DNA of 43,499 bases from Candidatus Saccharimonadota bacterium (GCA_016234585.1 JACRBB010000029.1:1-43499), one strand, 5' to 3'; positions 1-10,527 are shown, counted from the stretch's first letter. Numbers and translations: made by a program. The notes: generated by a model not told the origin, from the sequence alone.

Positions 1-2
1 CG

Positions 3-128
3 GTTTGGTATGCCCATAAACTTCGTAACCGGTTGGTGCACGAGCCGGGCACCAAGCTCAAAAAACGTGAGGCCCAAAACGCTTTGGCTGGATTCAGACG
101 GGGCTTAAAGGATCTGGGGGCCTTATAA
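3..128 (+). CDS. 3' end of a hypothetical protein (truncated by window edge), RxxxxH HEPN-like motif
   Basis: Own translation from nt 3: VWYAHKLRNRLVHEPGTKLKKREAQNALAGFRRGLKDLGAL*, stop TAA 126-128, 1 nt before the gatB ATG. Confidence 0.6.
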   Translation, partial: VWYAHKLRNRLVHEPGTKLKKREAQNALAGFRRGLKDLGAL

Positions 129-129
129 G

Positions 130-1560
130 ATGGCGCTTGATACAAAGGCAAAAGAAAAATATATTCCGACCATCGGAATTGAAACCCATGTGCAACTTAA
201 GACCAAAACCAAGTTGTTCGCCGCGGTTGGCAATGATGCCCGAGAGGCTGCGCCAAATACTCTTATCAGTCATATTTGTGTGGGTATGCCCGGAGCCTTA
301 CCGTATCTTAATCAAGCGGCCGTTGAACTGGCAGTCAGGGCAGCTTTTGCCCTCAATACTAAGCCTCAGACTCATAGTTACTTTGAGCGCAAGCACTACT
401 TTTACCCTGATTCACCACTGGGGTACCAGATTAGCCAAATGCACCATCCGATTATCGTCGGTGGCTCGGTATCAATCATGACCAACGGTGAGCCCAAAAC
501 TATACGGATCAATCGGGCTCAACTGGAGGCTGATGCCGGTAAAAACATCCACCCAGCTGGTACGGACTACTCGTTGGTGGATCTTAACCGAGCCGGAACC
601 CCCTTGCTGGAAATCGTCAGCGAACCTGATATCCATAGCGCCGCGGAGGCCAAAGCTTATGCCCGCGAGCTCTATTTGCTGATGAAGTATTCCGGGGTTA
701 GCGATGTGGATCTGTACCATGGCAACCTACGTTTTGACGTTAATGTCAGTGTTAGCCCGGATGCTTCAAAGCTGGGCGTCCGTTCGGAGGTAAAGAATTT
801 AAATAGCTTTAGGAGCGTGGAAAACGCCGTTAAATTTGAAATAAACCGCCAGATCGAGCTGCTAGAAAAAGGCCAAACCATTGTTCAGGAAACCCGAGGC
901 TGGGACGAAGCCAAGCAAAAAACCACCAGCCAGCGCGGTAAAGAGGAGGCTCATGACTATCGCTATATGCCAGAGCCCGATATCCCGCCAATCGAACTTA
1001 GCGAGGCCGATATTTCCCGTTTCAAAAAGGACTTGCCTGAACTGCCTAAATCTATTCGTCAAAAGTTAGATAAAGTAGGTCTGGACGCTAAAGTAATCGA
1101 GGATATTTTAGATATGCCAGAAACTAGTATCGAGTATATTCTGAAGGCTATAAACACCCGAGTCCCTAATGAAAATATCCGCAGGCTAGCTTTCAATTTA
1201 CTTGAAATATCTGGAGTATCGAAAGTAAGTTTTGAAGATATTATTGCGGTTACAGAAATGGTGCGAATGGGGAAACTTAGTACCACCGCTTCCAGGCAGA
1301 TTCTTCATGAAAGTGGAAGAACAGGCGATAATCTAGAAATTATTATTGAAAGATTAAATCTAACTCAGGTCTCTGACGAAGGTGAGATTGAAAAAATCGT
1401 GGCGGAGGTTCTGGAAGAAAACAAAAAAGCAACCGCTGACATCAAGAAAGGCGAGTTGAAAGCCATTGGCTTTTTAGTGGGACAAGTAATGGCCAAAAGC
1501 CAGGGTAAGGCTAACCCAGGAGTCGCCCAAAAAATTATCAAAAAACAGCTGGGCATATAA
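130..1560 (+). CDS. gatB: Asp-tRNA(Asn)/Glu-tRNA(Gln) amidotransferase subunit B
   Basis: IGIETHVQLKT, RKHYFYPD, LEADAGK, DLNRAGTPLLEIVSEPD, EVKNLNS, DYRYMPEPD motifs; C-terminal GFLVGQVMAKSQGKANP. Confidence 0.97.
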   Translation: MALDTKAKEKYIPTIGIETHVQLKTKTKLFAAVGNDAREAAPNTLISHICVGMPGALPYLNQAAVELAVRAAFALNTKPQTHSYFERKHYFYPDSPLGYQISQMHHPIIVGGSVSIMTNGEPKTIRINRAQLEADAGKNIHPAGTDYSLVDLNRAGTPLLEIVSEPDIHSAAEAKAYARELYLLMKYSGVSDVDLYHGNLRFDVNVSVSPDASKLGVRSEVKNLNSFRSVENAVKFEINRQIELLEKGQTIVQETRGWDEAKQKTTSQRGKEEAHDYRYMPEPDIPPIELSEADISRFKKDLPELPKSIRQKLDKVGLDAKVIEDILDMPETSIEYILKAINTRVPNENIRRLAFNLLEISGVSKVSFEDIIAVTEMVRMGKLSTTASRQILHESGRTGDNLEIIIERLNLTQVSDEGEIEKIVAEVLEENKKATADIKKGELKAIGFLVGQVMAKSQGKANPGVAQKIIKKQLGI

Positions 1561-1607
1561 GCGGTTTAATTGCTTAGTCACTAGTTTATTAGCTATACTA
1601 TGCCCAT

Positions 1608-1865
1608 ATGGATTCGGCAGCTGAAGCTTTACTGATAATCGTTAGCGCGACTTTAAGTGTATTTTTGATATTACTTATCGTTGTAGTGGTATATGTAATA
1701 TCTTTGCTCAAACAAATCCGTCGGATTGCCGAGCATGCCGAGAACGTCGCTGACTCGGTAGAATCGGCTGCCTCGGCGTTTGAAAAAACCGCTTCACCGT
1801 TGGCAGTACTAAAAATCGTGGGTAGTATCGTAGAAAATGCCGCCAAATTCAGGCGTAAAAAATGA
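1608..1865 (+). CDS. Small single-TM protein, DUF948/YoxC-like
   Basis: N-terminal hydrophobic helix followed by amphipathic helix; directly upstream of a YtxH-like gene, the usual pairing. Confidence 0.6.
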   Translation: MDSAAEALLIIVSATLSVFLILLIVVVVYVISLLKQIRRIAEHAENVADSVESAASAFEKTASPLAVLKIVGSIVENAAKFRRKK

Positions 1866-1877
1866 AGGGAAAATATA

Positions 1878-2288
1878 ATGGCTAAAGACGAACAGGCAGG
1901 AAAAAAAATGGCAATCGGAGCCGCAATCGCAGGAGTGGCGGGGTATCTGGCTGGTATTTTAACAGCTCCAAAGAGTGGTAAGCAAACCCGTACCGACATT
2001 GCCAACAAAGCTGAGGATATAAAAGAAGGCGCGGCCGAGCAACTAGAACAGCTACACCAGGAACTTAACTCGCTTTTGGATAAGGCCAAGACCCAAACAA
2101 TAGCGCTTAGCGCCCAGGCTCGCGAAGAGTTTAATGAAGCCGTCATACGAGCCAAAGATGCTCAAAACAAGACGACCCATGTTCTTAAGGCCGTTAAAAA
2201 AGGCGAGGCCGACGACCCGCAGCTAAACAAGGCCGTCAAGCAAGCCAAACAAGCCCAAAAAAATCTCTCCAAATACCTAAAAAGCTAA
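1878..2288 (+). CDS. YtxH domain (gas vesicle protein-like) protein
   Basis: GAAIAGVAGYLAGILTAPKSGKQTR signature then K/E/A-rich helix. Confidence 0.85.
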   Translation: MAKDEQAGKKMAIGAAIAGVAGYLAGILTAPKSGKQTRTDIANKAEDIKEGAAEQLEQLHQELNSLLDKAKTQTIALSAQAREEFNEAVIRAKDAQNKTTHVLKAVKKGEADDPQLNKAVKQAKQAQKNLSKYLKS

Positions 2289-2349
2289 GCGCGCTGCGCT
2301 CAATAAAAAGCTTGAACCATGCCAGGTTTTAATCTGTATAATATAGGTA

Positions 2350-5300
2350 ATGAGCCAGACAGGGGAGACTAAAATTAAAAAAAAAGCGGCTGCACCAACA
2401 ACTTTGCAGCCGTCTGACTATGTGCACCTGCATAACCACACCCAGTATAGCCTACTGGATGGTTTGACCAAAGTTCCTGAACTTACCTCGTTTATAAAAA
2501 AGATGGGTATGGATGCTGTGGCCGTGACAGACCACGGTACTATGAGCGGCGCCATAGAATTTTATAAAGCCGCCAATGATGCTGGAATAAAACCGATAAT
2601 TGGCATGGAGGCCTACATAGCTGCCCGTCGGCACACCGACAAAGATTCAGCTTCAGACAGGCAATACTATCACCTGACTATGCTGGCCATGAATAACCAG
2701 GGCTATCAGAATCTCATGCGTCTATCAACGATCGCCAACTTGGACGGATTCTATTACAAACCGCGAATCGACCGCGACCTGCTGGAAAAGCATGCTCAAG
2801 GCATTATTGTGCTAAGCGGCTGCATGGGCGGTGAAGTCAGCGACGCACTGCGTCAGGGCCAATACCAACAGGCTAAGGAAATCGCGGTTTGGTATAAAAA
2901 GGTTTTTGGTGACAGATACTACATAGAACTTCTGGATAGTGGCCACCCTAGCCATCCGAAAGCTTGGTCGGAACAAATTTCGGTTAACGAACAACTGCTG
3001 AAAGTAGCCGATGAACTAGAAATTCCGGCGGTTGTAACTTGTGACGCCCACTATTTGAAACACGAGGACCAAGAAGCTCACGAGATTCTGCTGTGCGTCC
3101 AAACTGGCTCTTTTTTAGCTGACGAACAGCGAATGAGTTTAAAAGATTTTGAACTACACGTCGCTGACCCACGTGAGGTTATTAGACGCTGGGGCAAAGA
3201 TAACCCGGAGCTTATCACTAACTCCAAGAAGATCGCTGACCGCTGTAAAATAAATATCGAACTTGGCAAAATTCTGATTCCCAAATTTCCGGTCCCGTCT
3301 GGCGAAACGGAAGAGACAGTCCTACACAAACAGGTTTGGTGTGGTTTGGCTTGGAGATATGGCGGGAAAACCAGGAACCAAGCGGAAAAATTATCAATTT
3401 CCGAGGCTAAGAAATGTTTACCGAAACAAGTTATCGAAAGGGCCGAATATGAGCTTGGCTCCATTAGTAAGATGGGCTTTAATGGCTACTTTTTAATTGT
3501 CGCGGATTTTATCAACTGGGGTAAAGACCAGGGCATTGTGTTCGGGCCGGGTCGTGGCAGCGCCGCCGGTTCCATCGTAGCTTACGCTACTCGGATTACC
3601 GAACTGGACCCGCTGGCCTATGATCTGTTATTTGAACGGTTTTTAAATCCCGATCGCATAAGTATGCCGGATATCGATATAGACATTCAGGATTCGCGGC
3701 GCGATGAGGTAATCAATTACTGCGTGAATAAGTATGGTACTGACCGAGTTGCTAATATCGTAACATTCGGCCGGATGGCTGCCCGCAACTCGGTACGGGA
3801 TGTCGCCAGAGTCTTGCAAGTGCCATATTCTGAGGCCGACCGGCTATCAAAGATGATTCCGCCACCGGTCCAGGGTCGTCATACGCCACTGGCTACCCAC
3901 TTGAAGGAGGTGGCTGAGCTCAAGGCCGAGAATGCTAACAACCCACAGTCGGCCCGGGTCTTCGAACTGGCTACCAGGCTGGAAGGCACTATTCGCAGCC
4001 ATGGCGTTCATGCCGCCGGAGTGGTTATTGCCCATGACGATATCGTAAAATTCGTGCCCTTGGAAATGGCTCAAAAAGGTGTGGTAGCCACTCAATATTC
4101 TATGGGTCCGATCGAGGATCTGGGACTGCTTAAGATGGATTTTTTGGGTTTATCTAACCTAACCACTATCAAGAACGCTCTGCGTATTATAAAAAAAGTC
4201 TACGAAAAAAACATTAATATCGATCAGGTCCCGCTTGATGATGCTAAAACATTTGAGCTTCTGAAACGTGGCGAAACTACCGGTGTTTTCCAGCTGGAAT
4301 CGGCAGGTATGCGACGATATTTAAAGCAGCTTAAACCCAATCAGTTCGAAGATATCATCGCCATGGTTTCTTTATACCGTCCCGGCCCGATTGCCGAGAT
4401 ACCCCAGTTCATAGTCGGTAAGAATCAACCAAAGCGGATTACTTACCCGCATAGCTCGCTGGAACCGATCCTAAAAAGCACTTATGGGGTGATGGTTTAT
4501 CAGGAGCAGATTATCGGCATGTTGCAGATGATTGCCGGCTACAGTCCGGGCCAAGCCGACTTGGTTCGTAAAGCCATCGGCAAAAAGAAGCGCGATATCA
4601 TGACAGCTGAAATGCCCCGGTTCATTGAGGGTTGTCTTAAACAGGGTCTCACTAAAACCGAGTCTCAAAAATTGTGGGCGCTCATTCAACCGTTCGCCGA
4701 CTACTCGTTTAACAAGAGTCATGCTGCCTGTTACGCCATGATAGCCTACCAAACGGCTTATCTTAAGGCCCATTATCCCGACGCTTTCATGGCGGCTGTG
4801 ATGACCAGCGATTACGATAATACCGACCGACTGGCCATAGAAATCAAAGAGTGTAAGCAACTTGGCATCGAGGTGCTATCGCCTGATGTTAACGAGTCGT
4901 TTCATGAATTCGCAATCGTTGGCGGCCAAAAACAAATCAGATTTGGCCTGGACGCTATAAAAAATGTCGGCCATGGCGCTGCCGAAGAAATTATCAGAGC
5001 CAGAGAAGCCAGTGGCGGCCGATTCAATAAGATTGAGGATTTTTGCAAATCGGTCAGCCCCCAGACAGTTAACCGCAAGTCCATGGAAAGCCTGATCAAA
5101 GCCGGAGCTTTGGATCGTTTCGGTGAGCGCAGTCTGTTGCTGCATAACATCGAAAATATCCTGGCCTTGTCCGGCCGCCTGCAAAAAGACGAAGCCAGCG
5201 GCCAAGTGGGGCTTTTTGGCACCGCCAGCGACAACCCCGACGAATCAATCCTTAAATTAGCCTGGAATAACGCCAATCCGGTTCATTCAGCAGCCGAACA

Positions 5301-5997
5301 GCTGGCTTGGGAGCGGGAACTGCTTGGTCTGTACCTTAGTAGCCATCCATTGGAGGCCTATGAGGCGATACTAGCGTCACAGACCGTACCGTTGAACACC
5401 GTGATAGCCGGTATGGAAGGCAAAGAGATAACTGTCGGGGGCACAATAACCGAAATGCGTGAAATAACTACCAAAAAAGGTGCCAAGATGGCCTTTGCCA
5501 AGCTTGCCGATATGGAAGGGGAGATAGAATTAATCGTATTCCCCAAGCTTTATGCGGTGGATCCCACCGTCTGGCAGCGCGACCAAATAATAATCGGACG
5601 GGGCAAGCTAGGAGGTGGCAGGGGCAACAACGCCGGCGAAGAACTGAAGTTGCTGGTCGATGAGGCCAAACTAATTAACTCCGATGACCCCGCCGGCAAC
5701 ACATTTAAAAAAACCGCTCCAGCTTCCATCCCTAAAACTACTAAAAAAGCCGAAATCTCGGTACCCAAGGTACCCCAGCGTCTATATATCCGCCTGGAAG
5801 ATAGTTCGGACAAACCAGTACTGCTGGCTCTAAAAGAAAAACTGGATATCTACAGAGGTCAAACCGAAGTAGTTTTAGTTACGGGCGTCGAAACTGGCAA
5901 ACAGGCCATAAAATTGCCTCAAGCTATCGATATTAACGAAGAAAGCCTGCGGGACTTAGCCTCAGTATTCGGCGCCACTAACGTGGTTTTACGATAA
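2350..5997 (+). CDS. dnaE: DNA polymerase III alpha subunit
   Basis: PHP motif HLHNHTQYSLLDG, GRGSAAGS, SMPDIDID catalytic motif, KMDFLGL, FNKSHA, C-terminal OB fold; length leaves no room for an intein. Confidence 0.97.
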   Translation: MSQTGETKIKKKAAAPTTLQPSDYVHLHNHTQYSLLDGLTKVPELTSFIKKMGMDAVAVTDHGTMSGAIEFYKAANDAGIKPIIGMEAYIAARRHTDKDSASDRQYYHLTMLAMNNQGYQNLMRLSTIANLDGFYYKPRIDRDLLEKHAQGIIVLSGCMGGEVSDALRQGQYQQAKEIAVWYKKVFGDRYYIELLDSGHPSHPKAWSEQISVNEQLLKVADELEIPAVVTCDAHYLKHEDQEAHEILLCVQTGSFLADEQRMSLKDFELHVADPREVIRRWGKDNPELITNSKKIADRCKINIELGKILIPKFPVPSGETEETVLHKQVWCGLAWRYGGKTRNQAEKLSISEAKKCLPKQVIERAEYELGSISKMGFNGYFLIVADFINWGKDQGIVFGPGRGSAAGSIVAYATRITELDPLAYDLLFERFLNPDRISMPDIDIDIQDSRRDEVINYCVNKYGTDRVANIVTFGRMAARNSVRDVARVLQVPYSEADRLSKMIPPPVQGRHTPLATHLKEVAELKAENANNPQSARVFELATRLEGTIRSHGVHAAGVVIAHDDIVKFVPLEMAQKGVVATQYSMGPIEDLGLLKMDFLGLSNLTTIKNALRIIKKVYEKNINIDQVPLDDAKTFELLKRGETTGVFQLESAGMRRYLKQLKPNQFEDIIAMVSLYRPGPIAEIPQFIVGKNQPKRITYPHSSLEPILKSTYGVMVYQEQIIGMLQMIAGYSPGQADLVRKAIGKKKRDIMTAEMPRFIEGCLKQGLTKTESQKLWALIQPFADYSFNKSHAACYAMIAYQTAYLKAHYPDAFMAAVMTSDYDNTDRLAIEIKECKQLGIEVLSPDVNESFHEFAIVGGQKQIRFGLDAIKNVGHGAAEEIIRAREASGGRFNKIEDFCKSVSPQTVNRKSMESLIKAGALDRFGERSLLLHNIENILALSGRLQKDEASGQVGLFGTASDNPDESILKLAWNNANPVHSAAEQLAWERELLGLYLSSHPLEAYEAILASQTVPLNTVIAGMEGKEITVGGTITEMREITTKKGAKMAFAKLADMEGEIELIVFPKLYAVDPTVWQRDQIIIGRGKLGGGRGNNAGEELKLLVDEAKLINSDDPAGNTFKKTAPASIPKTTKKAEISVPKVPQRLYIRLEDSSDKPVLLALKEKLDIYRGQTEVVLVTGVETGKQAIKLPQAIDINEESLRDLASVFGATNVVLR

Positions 5998-6001
5998 AAA
6001 G

Positions 6002-7096
6002 CTACTGAATTAGTCCAGCTGTCTGAGTCAACAGGTAGGCGCAGGCAGCTATCGTAATCAGACCAATATCGACTAACGGGTGCCTGATAGCGAAAGCCTC
6101 GCTCTTGCTGAAGGCTCGGCGAGCCGCCAGGGCATGTTTGCTTACCCATAGTCCTAATGCCGCTACGGCTATAAAACCAGCCATTCCAGTTGCCAGACTG
6201 GCTGCCGGAAGGTGAGCAAAGGCTACCTGGGCTTTGGAGGTTCGCAAAGATAGGGTCACACCAGAAGTCGGTGTTTCAGTCGTGGTCGGTTTGGCTTTTG
6301 TTTTGGCTTTAGGCGTCAATTTTTTTGTGTCCGCCGGTTTGGCTACATCTGAAGTTGGTTGCTCCGACGTCGGGCTGGCTGCTGGCGCTGGAGCGGGCGC
6401 TGGGATGGTCTGGGTAGATGTAGGTTTGGCCGCTGCGGCTGGAGGTGGGGCAGCTACTGCCGGTGGTGGCGCCGGCGCGCTAGCCGGCTTACCATAAAAC
6501 GCTACGACGATAGTCATCGGGCCGCCGCCAGCCGAGGTATAGTTTTCATTATTGGCGAAGCCAAAACCGACATCTGAAAAGGCTGGGTCCAATAGGTTTT
6601 CGCGGTGGGGCGCGCTGGCCATCCAACCGGCTATCGTTGATTGTTCATCACTAAAGCCGGCGGCCAAGTTTTCGCCCAATTTTTGGTAGGCATAGCCTTG
6701 GGCGTTAACGAATACCCACGGTGTATTTCCTTCGGGCGTGTTATGACTCCAATAGTTGCGGGTCGCCATGTCATTGGCTTTGGCTTGGGCGGCAGCGTTG
6801 AGTTTTCCGTTCAGCGATAACGCGCTGACACCGTTACTGGTTCTTTGGGTGTTGCTATTGCTTAAAAGTCCGCTGACACTCATGCTGGTGGCGTATGCCA
6901 GCACTTTGCTGCCAGGGTGGCGCACGGCGGCTTGCAGCACTCCAGTTTGGCCGCCTAGACTCAGAAAGAAACCGGCCAACAGTAGCACCGGTAGGTATGG
7001 CCAATGGACTCTTTCAAAAGCCTTAGAACTCACGCCCTTGGGCTTGTGTTTGTGTTGTCCGGTGGAACGGACGTAGTTTTTTATTTTGGCGCTCAT
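6002..7096 (-). CDS. CAP/SCP domain membrane protein with Pro/Ala/Thr-rich linker
   Basis: AAQAKANDM..YWSH, GENLA, WMASAPHRENLL CAP motifs; N-terminal TM and two C-terminal TMs. Confidence 0.9.
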   Translation of the reverse strand: MSAKIKNYVRSTGQHKHKPKGVSSKAFERVHWPYLPVLLLAGFFLSLGGQTGVLQAAVRHPGSKVLAYATSMSVSGLLSNSNTQRTSNGVSALSLNGKLNAAAQAKANDMATRNYWSHNTPEGNTPWVFVNAQGYAYQKLGENLAAGFSDEQSTIAGWMASAPHRENLLDPAFSDVGFGFANNENYTSAGGGPMTIVVAFYGKPASAPAPPPAVAAPPPAAAAKPTSTQTIPAPAPAPAASPTSEQPTSDVAKPADTKKLTPKAKTKAKPTTTETPTSGVTLSLRTSKAQVAFAHLPAASLATGMAGFIAVAALGLWVSKHALAARRAFSKSEAFAIRHPLVDIGLITIAACAYLLTQTAGLIQ

Positions 7097-7121
7097 TTTA
7101 CTATAAACATTATCATATTAT

Positions 7122-7646
7122 TTAACGAGCTTGTCCAGGCCAAAGCTCAGCAAATCGTAAATGATACAGACCGATAGCTGCCGCTACAGTTACGTTAAAT
7201 GACTCCTTAGAACCAGACATCGGTATCTGGAGATGGATGTCACAGCTATCTAAAACAGGTTGATTCAGACCATCGATTTCATTGCCGGCCAAAAGAGCGA
7301 TTTTGTTCGGCGGATCATAGTTGCCTAGATCTATGGAGTCAGGCGTCTGTTCCAGCGCGGCTATAGTATAGCCGTCGGATTTCAGAAAAGTGATCAGTGA
7401 CTTTATATTTGCCTCATGGCTCCACTCCAGAGTGTTTTCAGCACCCAGGGCGGTTTTGTGGATTTGCCGGGTTAACTTTGCCCTCAAATGCGGTAGTCTT
7501 TTGTCTTTTGGTACTTCGGGGTAGGGGCTATATCCGCTCAGGTATAGATGGTCGACTCCAAAACCTTCGGCGGTTCTCATCAGGCTGCCGATATTGTGGC
7601 AGGATCTTACGTCATGGGCTATTAAGACAATCCGGCGTGCTTTCAT
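7122..7646 (-). CDS. SpoU/TrmH family RNA methyltransferase
   Basis: HDVRSCHNIGSLMRTAE, GNEIDG, IPMSGSKESFNVTVA; start moved to MKARRIV (ATG at 7646). Confidence 0.92.
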   Translation of the reverse strand: MKARRIVLIAHDVRSCHNIGSLMRTAEGFGVDHLYLSGYSPYPEVPKDKRLPHLRAKLTRQIHKTALGAENTLEWSHEANIKSLITFLKSDGYTIAALEQTPDSIDLGNYDPPNKIALLAGNEIDGLNQPVLDSCDIHLQIPMSGSKESFNVTVAAAIGLYHLRFAELWPGQAR

Positions 7647-7715
7647 AGCACTAATATAACAGCCTGGCCGACACTTCTCGCAAGGATAAAGGTAATGCTT
7701 TATACTGTAAAACAT

Positions 7716-9320
7716 ATGTCTCAGGATGCTCGCAGGGACGAAGAAGTAACAACTCAGCGCCGGGCCGGTGTGCTGGGCATGAGCTATGTTGATACCAGCA
7801 AATTACAAAAACAACTCTTCAAAGACGTCCTGCCCATGCCGGAGCTATACAGTCTAAGAGTTGTTCCACTGGCAGCTGATAGCCACTACATCCAATTTGG
7901 GGTCACCACCCGTACCTCACAGCAGACAATTAACAATCTTAGAGCTCGATTTTCAGACCAAAGGCTTGACTTTTCGATAATTTCGGATACCGGCTACGGC
8001 GAGTATATGAAGCTTTATGATCCGCCTAAGCAAGTAAGCTATCAAGACATTGGTCTAGTTGTTGGCGGTGATGAAGGTCAAAAGATGGTAGAGTCTGTTA
8101 GCGCCACACTGAATCAGGTTCGGGCCGACGACATGCTAGCCTATCTGGTCCAGCAAGCCTATAAACTGAAAGCCAGTGACATCCATATGGAATGCCAGCG
8201 TGACAACGTGCGTATCCGGTTCCGTGTAGACGGCGTCTTGCATCCGGTAGCTTTCATGAGTCAAGACAAATATCACCACCTGGTAGCTGCCGTAGCCAGC
8301 TCCGCCAATGTTTCCACCAGCGCCAACGACGCCCAGACCGGCCATATCAGCCGCAGTTACAAACTGGCTACTGGCGAGGATGTGGTACTGAACCTGCGCA
8401 TCGAAACCGTGCCGACCGTTTATGGCATGGACGTCGTCATGCGGCTTTTCAACCTAAGACTTGAGCTTTTCAAGTTGGAAAACCTTGGCCTATCCGCTCA
8501 GGAGCTAGAAGTGGTCGGTGATGTCATAAAGCACCCTACTGGCATGGTCTTGATTGTTGGCCCAACCGGTTCAGGCAAGACAACCACCCTTTATTCGCTG
8601 ATTAACACCTTAAATACCCCGGAACGAAAAATCATCACCCTGGAAGATCCAGTAGAGTACAACATGCCCGGTGTCGTTCAAATCCCGGTTGCTGGCGATC
8701 TGAAAACCCAGAACTTCGCCGAAAGGTTACGGGCCGTCTTACGTCTGGATCCCGATGTGGTGATGGTCGGGGAAATCCGCGACCAAGATACCGCCAAGAC
8801 CGCCTTACAGGGAGCGCTAACCGGCCATTTGGTGCTTAGTACTTTCCACGCCAGCAATGCCGCCGCGGCCTTAACGCGCATGCTTGATTTGGTCGGCATC
8901 AACCCTCTGTTCGCCAGCGCTATGCACTTGATTATGGCCCAGCGGCTGGTGCGCCGCCTAGACGATACCACCAAACAACCTTATAAACCGGATGATGCGC
9001 TTAAGCAGCAGCTTCAGTCTGTCATCGACAGCATGCCGCCGTCCATCCAAAAACCTGACATTAACCAGATTACTTTATATAAACCGGGCAGCTCCGACAA
9101 AAACCCCTTCGGATACACCGGCCAGCTGGCTCTTCGTGAGCAGTTAATTATGACTCCGGGCGTTCAACAGCTACTTAGGTTACCGCCTAACCAGATTACA
9201 ACCGAGATTTTGCAAGCCAAAGCCGTGCAAGAAGGCATGCGGACCATGCTACAAGACGGCATATTGAAGGCCTTCCAGGGGCTGACGACTCTGGAAGAAG
9301 TCTACAGGGTTGTAGGCTAA
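7716..9320 (+). CDS. Type IV pilus assembly / T2SS ATPase (PilB/GspE family)
   Basis: ASDIH, RFRVDGVL, Walker A GPTGSGKT, TLEDPVE, LRLDPDVVMVGEIRD, TGHLVLSTFH; start taken at MSQDARR. Confidence 0.92.
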   Translation: MSQDARRDEEVTTQRRAGVLGMSYVDTSKLQKQLFKDVLPMPELYSLRVVPLAADSHYIQFGVTTRTSQQTINNLRARFSDQRLDFSIISDTGYGEYMKLYDPPKQVSYQDIGLVVGGDEGQKMVESVSATLNQVRADDMLAYLVQQAYKLKASDIHMECQRDNVRIRFRVDGVLHPVAFMSQDKYHHLVAAVASSANVSTSANDAQTGHISRSYKLATGEDVVLNLRIETVPTVYGMDVVMRLFNLRLELFKLENLGLSAQELEVVGDVIKHPTGMVLIVGPTGSGKTTTLYSLINTLNTPERKIITLEDPVEYNMPGVVQIPVAGDLKTQNFAERLRAVLRLDPDVVMVGEIRDQDTAKTALQGALTGHLVLSTFHASNAAAALTRMLDLVGINPLFASAMHLIMAQRLVRRLDDTTKQPYKPDDALKQQLQSVIDSMPPSIQKPDINQITLYKPGSSDKNPFGYTGQLALREQLIMTPGVQQLLRLPPNQITTEILQAKAVQEGMRTMLQDGILKAFQGLTTLEEVYRVVG

Positions 9321-9377
9321 CACTTGAGGGTTGTATTGCGTCACAGGGGTTTTTAGTGTAATATTTACTGGATTCTT

Positions 9378-9917
9378 ATGGAAAGTGTTATTAGAAAAAT
9401 TGAGAACAAGTATAAAAAAAGCGCCGTCGTTGATGTAAGAAGCGGCGATAATGTTCGAGTGCACCAAAAAATTGTCGAAGGGGGCAAAGAGCGAGTCCAG
9501 ATTTTTGAGGGTTTAGTTATCCGTGTCAATCGTAAAAACAGCTTAAGCAGTAGCTTTACGGTCCGTCGGATCGCCAGCGGTGTAGGCGTCGAAAAAACCT
9601 ATCTTATACACTCTCCAAACATCCTTAAAATAGAAGTTACTAAGCGTAGTCGTGTACGCCGTAACTACTTAAGTTACATGCGCGAACGTACCGGTAAGCG
9701 GGCTCGTTTGACTGGTGTGGATTTTGATAAAAACGCCGTGAATGAAGTCCGCGATGAAGTTGCCGAAGCCGAAGAGGCTAAGATCCAGGAAAAACAAGCC
9801 GAGGAACACGAAGCTGCCGAAGCAAAAAAAGAGGCTAAGCAGGCAAAACAAGAAGCCAAGGCCGAGGCCGCCATTGCCGAACACGAAGCTAAAGCCGAAC
9901 CCCAAAAAGCCGAATAA
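9378..9917 (+). CDS. rplS: 50S ribosomal protein L19 with E/A/K-rich C-terminal extension
   Basis: GDNVRVHQKIVEGGKERVQIFEG, FTVRRIASGVGVEK, VRRNYLSYMR. Confidence 0.97.
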   Translation: MESVIRKIENKYKKSAVVDVRSGDNVRVHQKIVEGGKERVQIFEGLVIRVNRKNSLSSSFTVRRIASGVGVEKTYLIHSPNILKIEVTKRSRVRRNYLSYMRERTGKRARLTGVDFDKNAVNEVRDEVAEAEEAKIQEKQAEEHEAAEAKKEAKQAKQEAKAEAAIAEHEAKAEPQKAE

Positions 9918-9957
9918 ATCACTAGACCCCGACGCTTAAAACCTATACCCTGTTTTT

Positions 9958-10527
9958 ATGATAGGGGTTGACGAAGTCGGGCGCGGTGCCTGGGCGGGTC
10001 CACTGCTGGTAGTTGCTGTCCGGCAAATAGGCAAGCTTCCAGATGGCCTGACCGATTCTAAGTTATTATCTAAAGCCCAAAGAGAACGGTTACAAGCTAA
10101 ACTCCTAAAGTGTTGTGATGTTGGTGAAGGCTGGGTAAGCGCCGAAGAAATCGATTTATTAAAACTATCCCAAGCGCTAAGATTAGGCATCAGCCGAGCA
10201 CTTAAAGCCCTAAACGCTTTACCGGTCGAAGAAATTATTCTGGATGGCTCTGCCAATTACGTCGACGATAAATATGTTAACGCCAGTTGCCAGGTAAAAG
10301 CCGACAGGCTGGTTCCGATAGTCTCGGCGGCCAGTATCCACGCCAAAGTTGCCAGGGATAAGTTTATGAGTAATCTTGCCAAACACTATCCGAGTTATGG
10401 TTTTGAAACGCATGTTGGGTACGGCACCAAAGCCCACACTGAGGCGTTGGCTCAAAACGGCGTAGTGTCCGGTGTCCACAGACTGAGCTTTAAACCAGTG
10501 GGCATATTAGCCGGAGTCGCCGCGTGA
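9958..10527 (+). CDS. rnhB: Ribonuclease HII
   Basis: GVDEVGRGAWAGP, DSKLL, SAASIHAKVARD, HVGYGTKAH, HRLSF; follows rplS. Confidence 0.95.
   Translation: MIGVDEVGRGAWAGPLLVVAVRQIGKLPDGLTDSKLLSKAQRERLQAKLLKCCDVGEGWVSAEEIDLLKLSQALRLGISRALKALNALPVEEIILDGSANYVDDKYVNASCQVKADRLVPIVSAASIHAKVARDKFMSNLAKHYPSYGFETHVGYGTKAHTEALAQNGVVSGVHRLSFKPVGILAGVAA

Noticed and set aside
1598-2155. 185-aa minus-strand ORF and other antisense ORFs within dnaE, clpC, PBP and similar genes
   Set aside because: Shadow frames opposite well-supported genes.
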